A DNA stretch of 64,000 nt, from the NCBI GenBank assembly GCA_005881885.1, contig VBDX01000134.1:4534-68533 (forward strand), given 5' to 3'. The position numbers and the translations under genes were made by a program. The notes beneath the pieces were generated by a model. The model was not told where the DNA came from and ran no database searches. It saw only the letters and a program-made list of their open reading frames with translations. The DNA comes from Chloroflexota bacterium (lineage in GTDB: Bacteria > Chloroflexota > Limnocylindria > P2-11E). Shown here in pieces: positions 57,014-64,000 of this stretch; within the stretch, counting starts at the first letter, position 1, and each line of letters opens with the position of its first letter.

Positions 57014-58299
57014 GCAGGGCGGAGGAGCTCGCCAAGGAGAAGCAGCCGATCAAGAAGGCGGCTTTCCTCCTCGGCCCGGGTTTCATCACGGGAGCCGCGG
57101 ACGATGACCCAAGCGGCATCGGGACGTACGCCGTGGCTGGTGCGTCTCTCGGCCTCGCGACGCTCTGGACCGCCCTCCTGACATTCCCGTTCATGGCGGC
57201 GGTCCAGAACATCTGCGCGCAGCTCGGCCAGGTCTCCGGAACGGGCCTCGCCGGCATCCTCAAGGAGCACTACCCGCGCTGGGTGCTTTACCCGGCGGTC
57301 GCGCTCGTGGTGATCGCGAACGTCGTGAACGTCGGGGCTGACCTCGGTGCGATCGCAGATGCAGCGGGCATCGTCGTCGGGATGCCGGTCCCATGGCTCG
57401 TGGTACCGATCGCGCTCGGCCTCGTTGCGCTGCAGATCTTCGCGCGCTTTCGAGCGATCGAGCGCACCTTCAAGTTCCTGACCCTGGCGCTGCTCGCGTA
57501 TGTGGTCGACGCGTTCCTCGTGCATCCGTCGCTGGGCGAGACGCTTCGCGCCACGATCGTGCCGACCATCGCGTTCGACCATGACTACATCGCGGTGCTC
57601 GTGGCGATCTTGGGCACGACGATCTCGCCGTACTTGTTCTTCTGGCAAACGAGCCTCGAGGTCGAGGAGGAAAAGTCCGCCGGCAGGCGCACGCGAGGGG
57701 AGCGGCGTGGCGCGTCACCATTCGAGTTGCGCGTCGCCACGATCGACGTGACCGTCGGGATGTTCGTCTCGAACCTCGTGATGTATTTCATCATCCTCGC
57801 GACTGCCCTGACGCTGAACGCCGGCGGAATCTGGAACATCGACACGGGCGCAGACGCCGCGCAAGCGCTCCGTCCGCTCGCGGGGGACCTCGCGGGCCTG
57901 ATCTTCGCGATCGGCATGATCGGCACCGGTCTTCTCGCGGTACCGGTGCTCGCGGGCGCATCCGCCTATGCCGTTTCAGAGACGTTCGGTTGGCGCGAAG
58001 GGCTCGACGAGAACTGGCATCGGGCGAGGCCGTTCTACGGCGTCGTCGCGATCGCGACGATCGTCGGACTCGCGATTCCATTCTCTGGGGTCAAGCCGAT
58101 CGACGCGCTCTTCGTCACCTCCATCCTGAACGGGATTGCGGCGCCACCACTCCTCGTCGTGATCATGCTCGCCGCGAGGAACACAAAGGTCATGGGCGAT
58201 CAGACCATCGGCACGGTCCTCACTACGCTCGGCTGGATCGTCACCGTCGCGATGTTCGCCGCCCTCGCCGGCCTCGTTCTCACCTCATTCGCAGGGTGA
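57010..58299 (+). CDS. Nramp-family divalent metal transporter
   Basis: GPGFITGAADDDPSGI, GTTISPY. Confidence 0.92.
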   Translation: MSRAEELAKEKQPIKKAAFLLGPGFITGAADDDPSGIGTYAVAGASLGLATLWTALLTFPFMAAVQNICAQLGQVSGTGLAGILKEHYPRWVLYPAVALVVIANVVNVGADLGAIADAAGIVVGMPVPWLVVPIALGLVALQIFARFRAIERTFKFLTLALLAYVVDAFLVHPSLGETLRATIVPTIAFDHDYIAVLVAILGTTISPYLFFWQTSLEVEEEKSAGRRTRGERRGASPFELRVATIDVTVGMFVSNLVMYFIILATALTLNAGGIWNIDTGADAAQALRPLAGDLAGLIFAIGMIGTGLLAVPVLAGASAYAVSETFGWREGLDENWHRARPFYGVVAIATIVGLAIPFSGVKPIDALFVTSILNGIAAPPLLVVIMLAARNTKVMGDQTIGTVLTTLGWIVTVAMFAALAGLVLTSFAG

Positions 58300-58372
58300 A
58301 CGTGCCTGACGACACATTCGCGGTGTGCGCCGACGCACCCGCGCGGCGATCCGGGTGCCCGACGCTTTCGGT

Positions 58373-59020
58373 ATGTCGTCCCGGATCGCTCGGCTCATCG
58401 TGCGCGGCCTCTTCGCGGCGCTCTTCCGGATCCGCCGAAGCGGCGATCTCCCCGCGCACGGCCCGCTCATCGTCGTCGCGAACCATCAGGGCTGGGCGGA
58501 CGGCTTCCTTCTGGCTGCCGCGTTCCCGCTCGCGGCCCCCATCCGCCTTCTCGGAGATCGCGACGGCACGATGGGCGTCTGGTGGCATCGCGCGATCCTG
58601 CGTCTGGTTGGGCTCATCATTCCCATCGATCGCGGGGCGGCGGGCGCGGATCGCGGCGCGATCAAGGCGACGTTTGCCGCTCTTGCGCGCGGAGAGATCG
58701 TCGTCGTCTTCGCCGAAGGCCGCGTGTCTCGCGCGGAGTCGGCGCTCGGGCCGTTCGCTCGCGGGGTGGGCTACCTCGCGCTGCGATCGGGAGCCCCGGT
58801 CCTTCCGGTCTGGCTCAGTGGGACGGCAGAGCTCTATCTGGGCCGGGATCTCGCGCTCATCGCGGGCCGGCCGCGGTCCGTCGCGGCGGCGACGCCGACG
58901 AAGGAGCGGACGTCCAAGCTCGCGCGCGTGCTTCATGACGATCTGGCTTCGCTCACACCCTTGTGGCGGGATCCCGAGCCGGCCGAAAAGCGCTGGCGCT
59001 GGCTGACGGAGCTTTTCTAG
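58373..59020 (+). CDS. lysophospholipid acyltransferase (PlsC family)
   Basis: NHQGWAD, FAEG. Confidence 0.9.
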   Translation: MSSRIARLIVRGLFAALFRIRRSGDLPAHGPLIVVANHQGWADGFLLAAAFPLAAPIRLLGDRDGTMGVWWHRAILRLVGLIIPIDRGAAGADRGAIKATFAALARGEIVVVFAEGRVSRAESALGPFARGVGYLALRSGAPVLPVWLSGTAELYLGRDLALIAGRPRSVAAATPTKERTSKLARVLHDDLASLTPLWRDPEPAEKRWRWLTELF

Positions 59021-59688
59021 GCGCGGATCTCCCGCAGAAGCGAGCTCTCGTCGAGCACGCGGATGTTCCGGCGACCCACCTCGATCAAACCGCGCCGCTC
59101 GAAGTCGGCGAGTAGCTTGTTCACCGTCATGCGCGTAGAGCCGATCGCGGCCGCGAGATCGTCCTGGGTCAGGGGCATCTTCCCGGCTCGCCCGACCTCC
59201 ACGAGGTACTTGGCGAGTCGGCTCGCGACGTCGAGGAAGGCGAGGTCGCCGACCTGGGACTCGAGCTTCCGGATCGTCCGCGTAAGGCGCTCGAACATGT
59301 AGCGGCGCGCGCCCTCGTTGCGACCGAGCACGCGGAGCGCGCCATCGCGCGCGATCTGGAGTGCGGTCGTCGCCACGACGCACACCGCGGTCCCGTCGCG
59401 CGGCCCCTGTTCGAATAGAGCGAGCTCGCCGAAGAACTCGCCCCGCCGATGCAGTGACACCAGAAGCTCCCGCCCGTTCTCGTCAAGAAGGAGCACCTTC
59501 ACCAGACCATCGACGACCACGTAGGCGTGCGCGGCCGGATCGCCCTGGTGGTACACAACTTCGTCGGCCTTGAACTTGCGCAAGGCCATCGAGTTGCCGA
59601 GGTCAAGGCGATCGGCGTCCGGAAGGACCTCGAGTGGGAGCACGTCACCGAGCGTGCCGGCGATCGCGAGTATCTCCTCCGGCCGCAT
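59017..59688 (-). CDS. Crp/Fnr family regulator
   Basis: FGELALF, PR, LTQDDLAAAIGSTRMTVNK. Confidence 0.93.
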   Translation of the reverse strand: MRPEEILAIAGTLGDVLPLEVLPDADRLDLGNSMALRKFKADEVVYHQGDPAAHAYVVVDGLVKVLLLDENGRELLVSLHRRGEFFGELALFEQGPRDGTAVCVVATTALQIARDGALRVLGRNEGARRYMFERLTRTIRKLESQVGDLAFLDVASRLAKYLVEVGRAGKMPLTQDDLAAAIGSTRMTVNKLLADFERRGLIEVGRRNIRVLDESSLLREIRA

Positions 59689-60359
59689 CAGTACCGGACC
59701 TGACGGCGGAGGGTTTCTTGGTCTCTTATTTCGATACGGCGGCGGCCGACCGCGACGGCCCCGAGGCCCTCGAGGTCCGCGAGCGCACGGTTTACGGAAA
59801 CGCGCGTGGCGCCGACGAACGCCGCGAGATCGTCCTGCGTCAGCTCGACCTCGTTACGCTCGTTCGCCGCCGCGAGATCGAGAAGGCACTTCGCGACGCG
59901 GCCCGGTACGTCGAGGAACACGAGGTCTTCGATCCGGCCGGAGGCGCGGCGGACCGTGCGAGCGAGCAGTCGGAGGATCTCCCTGATCGCGCGCGGGCTT
60001 CGCTCGATGACCCGGAGAAAGTCGTCGCGCGCGATCGTCACAACCTGCGTCTCGCTAAGTGCGGTGACCGTGGCGGATCGCGGGGCGTCATCGAAGAGCG
60101 CGAGCTCGCCGAACACCGCGCCGTCGCGCTCGATCGCCACGACGATCTCATGTCCTTGCTCGTCAGGGATCGCAACCTTCACCGAGCCCGACGCGATCAC
60201 GTAGAGGTGCCCAGCCGGATCATCGCGATGGAAGACGACCTCGTCGCGGGCAAAGCGACGGGACCGGATGTGCGCCGCGACCTCTTTGCGTTCCGCCTCC
60301 GTCAGCGCCCCGAATATCGGCACGCCAAGGAGAACGCGCGCGACCGCGTCGGCGTCCAC
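59688..60359 (-). CDS. Crp/Fnr family regulator
   Basis: FGELALFDDAPRSAT, LTQDDLAAFVGATRVSVNR. Confidence 0.93.
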   Translation of the reverse strand: MDADAVARVLLGVPIFGALTEAERKEVAAHIRSRRFARDEVVFHRDDPAGHLYVIASGSVKVAIPDEQGHEIVVAIERDGAVFGELALFDDAPRSATVTALSETQVVTIARDDFLRVIERSPRAIREILRLLARTVRRASGRIEDLVFLDVPGRVAKCLLDLAAANERNEVELTQDDLAAFVGATRVSVNRALADLEGLGAVAVGRRRIEIRDQETLRRQVRY

Positions 60360-60382
60360 GGCCTCGGAACGATACGCTCCGA

Positions 60383-61159
60383 ATGGTGGGCGCACGCATT
60401 CGCGTGGTGGGTCACCGCGGCGCCGCGGCACGCGCTCCTGAAAACACCATCGCCTCGCTCGCGCGGGGCATGCGCGATGGGGCCGACGAGGTGGAGTTCG
60501 ACGTTCAGCGCACCAAAGACGGCGTCGCGGTCCTCCTGCACGACGACACGCTGGACCGAACGACGAGTGGCCGCGGTCCTCTTCGCGACCGCACGCTGTC
60601 GGAGATCAGGGTCCTCGATGCGGGCAGCTGGTTCGCGCCGGAGTTCTCGGGCGAGCGCCTCCCGTCGCTCGCCGACGTCTGCGCCTGGGCGACTGCGGCG
60701 GGCGCGGATCTCTCGGTCGAGCTGAAGCAGCCCGCTCCGGGCGAGGGTCGTGCGATGGATGACGGCCTCGCCGAGAGCGCTGTCGCCGAGCTTCGCGCTA
60801 GCGGCCTCCTCGAGCGCGCGGTCGTCCACTCGTTCGACCATCCGACGATCGCGCAGGTGCGCCACGTCGCGCCAGACGCGCGCGCCGCATTGCTGTACAC
60901 CGGGCCGAACCTCGTCGATCCCTTGGCGATCGCGCGGACGGTGCCCGGGATCGTTGCCGTTCACCTTCGGTGGTACTGGGTCTCGCGCGAGCTCTGCGCG
61001 GCGGCGCACGCGGAAGGGCTGCGCGTCCACGCGTACGGCATCCCGGAGCCGCTCGAGCGTGAGGTGATCCTCCGCCTGGCACACTTCGGCGTCGATTCGC
61101 TTTCGGCCGACGATCCGGGTGAGCTCGTGAAGCTTCTCGCGGCGGAGGGGCTGCGTTGA
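60383..61159 (+). CDS. glycerophosphodiester phosphodiesterase
   Basis: GHRGA, PENT, EFDV, HDDTLDRTT. Confidence 0.93.
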   Translation: MVGARIRVVGHRGAAARAPENTIASLARGMRDGADEVEFDVQRTKDGVAVLLHDDTLDRTTSGRGPLRDRTLSEIRVLDAGSWFAPEFSGERLPSLADVCAWATAAGADLSVELKQPAPGEGRAMDDGLAESAVAELRASGLLERAVVHSFDHPTIAQVRHVAPDARAALLYTGPNLVDPLAIARTVPGIVAVHLRWYWVSRELCAAAHAEGLRVHAYGIPEPLEREVILRLAHFGVDSLSADDPGELVKLLAAEGLR

Positions 61160-61974
61160 CGCCGCGCGAGGGCTGGCTCGAGCGTGATGGCGCGCGCCTG
61201 CATTACGTGGAATGGCCCGGCGACACCGGCCGCGCGTTCGCTCTTCACGGCCTCTCGTCGAATGCCCGCTTCTGGACGCGCGTCGCCTCGCAGCTCAAGG
61301 GGTGGCGCCTCGTCGCGCTCGACCAGCGCAGTCATGGCCCTTCGGACCGCATCCGGACCGGCGATTCGCTCGCGACGTTCGTCGATGACGCGCGCCACGC
61401 GATCGACACGCTGGGTCTCGAGCGGCCGGTGCTCGTGGGACATTCCTGGGGCGCGAGCATCGCGCTCGAGCTCGCGGCTCGCCACCCGGAAACGGTCTCG
61501 GCGCTCGGCTTCATCGATGGGCCGGCGTGGCCCTTGTCGGACTCGATGACCTGGGCGGAGTTCGCGGCTCGCTCGCAAACGACGCTGCCACGACATTTCG
61601 ATCTCGCTGCCGCGACCGCTGCCGCGCGGGCCTGGCATGGACCCCTGTGGGGCGAAGATCTCATCGAGTTCGTCCACGCGGGTCATCGCACCGAGGGCGA
61701 TGCCGTCGTGCTGACGCTGACGTACGAGGCGAGAGCCCGCATCCTTCGCGATCTCTTCGATCTGCGTCAGGACCGCGCGTGGCGGGCCCTTGCGATCCCA
61801 GCCTTCGCGGCGTTCGCGCTTCGAAAGAGCGACGTGGTCCTCGCCGCGACAAAGCGAGCCGCGGAGCACATCGCGGCGGTCGCCCCAAAAGTACTGATCA
61901 AGTGGTACGACTCGCCGCATGACATCCCGCTCTCGTTGCCGGGAGATATCGCGAACGACATCGCAGCGCTCTGA
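61156..61974 (+). CDS. alpha/beta hydrolase
   Basis: LHGL, DQRSHG, GHSWG, PHDIP. Confidence 0.9.
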   Translation: MTPREGWLERDGARLHYVEWPGDTGRAFALHGLSSNARFWTRVASQLKGWRLVALDQRSHGPSDRIRTGDSLATFVDDARHAIDTLGLERPVLVGHSWGASIALELAARHPETVSALGFIDGPAWPLSDSMTWAEFAARSQTTLPRHFDLAAATAAARAWHGPLWGEDLIEFVHAGHRTEGDAVVLTLTYEARARILRDLFDLRQDRAWRALAIPAFAAFALRKSDVVLAATKRAAEHIAAVAPKVLIKWYDSPHDIPLSLPGDIANDIAAL

Positions 61975-62074
61975 CCGACCTCGCGCTCGCTAGCTCTGCT
62001 GCTTGACGTGACCCGGAACCGGCCTGAACACTTGCCGTGAGCCAGACGAGTTCGCGGTTCGGGGAAGGGAAAAG

Positions 62075-64000
62075 CTGAAGCTCGTAACTCTCGCTGCCAT
62101 CTTCTGGTACGTCGCCAGCTTGTTCGCTTCGGTCCCGCAGGAAGACAGCCCGGCTGTGGCTGCCGCGCCCGCGGGCCAATTTCGCGCGTTCTGGGCCGAT
62201 GCGTTCGGCGATGGGCTCTTCGACCAGGCTCAGATCGATTCGCTCCTTGCGGCGACGAAGGCGGTCCACGCGAACGCCATCGTCGCGCAGGTCGTGCGTC
62301 GCGGTGATTGCCTGTGCCTGCGCGCGGGGCTGCCGCTTGCCGAGGGGGTCGCGCCGGGGTTCGACCCGTTGCAATCCTTGATCAATACGGCGCACGCACA
62401 GGGCATCGAGGTGCACGCGTGGGTGATCGCCACGGCGATGTGGAACAGCACAACGCTTCCACGCGACCCGAACCACATCTTCAACCTCCACGGCCCATCC
62501 GCTGTCGGCCGAGAGAACTGGCTCATGACGCGCTCCGACGGGCAGTCGAAGCTCAACGACGACTGGATGCTCGATCCTGGCCATCCGGACGCGGCCGCGT
62601 GGGTCGTGACCATGTCGACGAACGTCGTCCGCAACTACGACGTCGACGGGATCAACCTCGACCGGATCCGCTATCCCGACGGGAACCTCGGCACCAACGT
62701 CCCGTCGTGGGGCTACAACCCCACATCGCTCGCACGCTTCCGCGCGGAGACCGCACGGACGGACACGCCCGCCAACAGCGATCCCCAGTGGACCCAGTGG
62801 AGGCGCGATCAGGTCACGGGGATCGTGCGACGGATCTACCTCGAGTCGACGGCGTTGCGGCCGCGGATCCGCGTCAGTGCGGACACCATCACGTATGGCA
62901 ACGGACCGCAGACGCTCGGTTCATTCGAGTCGACGCGCGCGTACGCTGAACAGCTTCAGGACTGGCGCGGCTGGCTGCGTGAAGGGATCGTCGACACCGC
63001 GCTGCTCATGAACTACAAGCGCGACAGTCTGGCGACGGAGCCAGGGAACCAGCGGCGGATGTACGACGAGTGGAGCGAGTTCGCCAAAGACAACCAGTAC
63101 CGCCGCTCCAGCGCTGTCGGGACTGCCCTTTACCTGAACGACATCGCATCGAGCGTGAGCCAGGCAAGGCGTGCGGTCACGCCGAGCGGATCTGGCAACC
63201 TCGCCTCGGGCTGGGTCGGCTACTCCTACCGCACGCCTGACACGTTGACCAACGCCGGAACGCGCACCGGCGCGGCAAGTCGAACCGAGCTTATCCGCGG
63301 GCTGACGCAGCCTTCGCAGTACGACACGATCACACCACCCGTGTTCGCCGATGCGCCGCCGGTACCACCGATGACGTGGAAGACGCAGCCGATTTTCGGT
63401 CACCTTCGCGGCGTGGCGATCGCGACTGATGGAGAGCCGCTCAGCGGAACGGTCGTGCATCTCGTCGACCCTGCGTCGGGCATCGTCGCGCGAATCGCGA
63501 CGACCGACGGCACGGGGTGGTTCGGCTTCGTCGACCTTCCGATCGGCGCCTACCGCGTCACCACGGACTCGCCGCGTGTCACCGGCGGCGAGCTCGGTGA
63601 GTCAACGGTCGCCGCGGGACAGGTCAGCATGCTCGGCGCTCCCGCGCCGGTGCCGTCGCCAGCCCCGAGTCCGTCGCCGGCGCCCTCGGCGCCACCTTCA
63701 CCTTTGCCCTCGGCACCGCCCACGCCGGCCACTTGCCAGAGCAGTGACGGGCCTGGGATCGCGCCGCCCGCCAAGGTTGCGTCCGGGATGGGCGGCTTCC
63801 ACGCATCCTGGTTCGGACAGAGCGGTTATCCGACGCTCTGCCCGGGTCAGACCTCGACGGCGGTGGTCGCTTTCTACAACAGCGGCACGCGAGGCTGGGT
63901 GGCGAACAAGATGGGCGACGTCGCGTACCTCGGCACCTGGGAGCCCGAACCCGGGCAGGACAAGGCCAGCACGCTCGGGGGCGACGGCGCCGCGGGCTCT
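62075..64000 (+). CDS. secreted GHL10 (YddW-like) glycoside hydrolase + beta-sandwich + shared extracellular module (3'-partial; proposed CTG start)
   Basis: FRAFW, AHAQGIEVHAW, LDPGHP, YDVDGINLDRIRYP, QDWRGW; no stop before the window end; in-frame TGA at 62009. Confidence 0.88.
   Translation, partial: MKLVTLAAIFWYVASLFASVPQEDSPAVAAAPAGQFRAFWADAFGDGLFDQAQIDSLLAATKAVHANAIVAQVVRRGDCLCLRAGLPLAEGVAPGFDPLQSLINTAHAQGIEVHAWVIATAMWNSTTLPRDPNHIFNLHGPSAVGRENWLMTRSDGQSKLNDDWMLDPGHPDAAAWVVTMSTNVVRNYDVDGINLDRIRYPDGNLGTNVPSWGYNPTSLARFRAETARTDTPANSDPQWTQWRRDQVTGIVRRIYLESTALRPRIRVSADTITYGNGPQTLGSFESTRAYAEQLQDWRGWLREGIVDTALLMNYKRDSLATEPGNQRRMYDEWSEFAKDNQYRRSSAVGTALYLNDIASSVSQARRAVTPSGSGNLASGWVGYSYRTPDTLTNAGTRTGAASRTELIRGLTQPSQYDTITPPVFADAPPVPPMTWKTQPIFGHLRGVAIATDGEPLSGTVVHLVDPASGIVARIATTDGTGWFGFVDLPIGAYRVTTDSPRVTGGELGESTVAAGQVSMLGAPAPVPSPAPSPSPAPSAPPSPLPSAPPTPATCQSSDGPGIAPPAKVASGMGGFHASWFGQSGYPTLCPGQTSTAVVAFYNSGTRGWVANKMGDVAYLGTWEPEPGQDKASTLGGDGAAGS

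Noticed and set aside
1-64000. Many long antisense and alternate-frame ORFs in the track (e.g. 76-1392 -, 7596-9044 +, 33450-34823 +)
   Set aside because: Shadow ORFs expected in high-GC DNA: they overlap well-supported genes, are Arg/Ala-rich and carry no family motifs.
1-64000. CRISPR array, rRNA, IS/integrase or prophage
   Set aside because: No regularly spaced repeats, rRNA-like tracts, transposase, integrase or phage structural genes were seen.

Overview
High-GC (about 70% by eye), densely coding bacterial chromosome segment. The gene content and GAAC-N4-GTTC LexA boxes suggest a monoderm such as Chloroflexota (inference). In order it holds: a multi-GAF histidine kinase / response regulator / adenylate cyclase module, a vapBC pair, and a divergent urate-allantoin catabolic cluster. 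Next come two atypical OmpR-family regulators and the pyrimidine cluster (pyrR-pyrB-pyrC-carA-phzF-carB ... pyrK-pyrD), which has a PyrR RNA site and tandem ARG boxes and is interrupted by a methyltransferase / Tat beta-barrel / orphan Hcp unit. Then GT2, M23 peptidase, glgA with a GalT-like gene, a membrane Ser/Thr kinase, a LexA-boxed tandem HNH gene followed by tRNA-Gly(CCC), galK/GH27, a MoxR-DUF58-VWA operon, a LexA-boxed radical SAM gene, PHP plus a three-way split LigD, Nramp, two Crp regulators, and a GHL10 glycosidase running off the end. Main novelties: (1) the orphan Hcp operon; (2) at least six genes whose conserved N-termini are reachable only from non-canonical GTA/CTG/ATC starts; (3) a C-x4-H...C-x7/8-H-[RK]W-xx-TGG domain in three dispersed copies, one missing from the ORF track; (4) a 90-aa extracellular module shared by two secreted enzymes. 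All family calls come from motif recognition by eye; no database searches were run.
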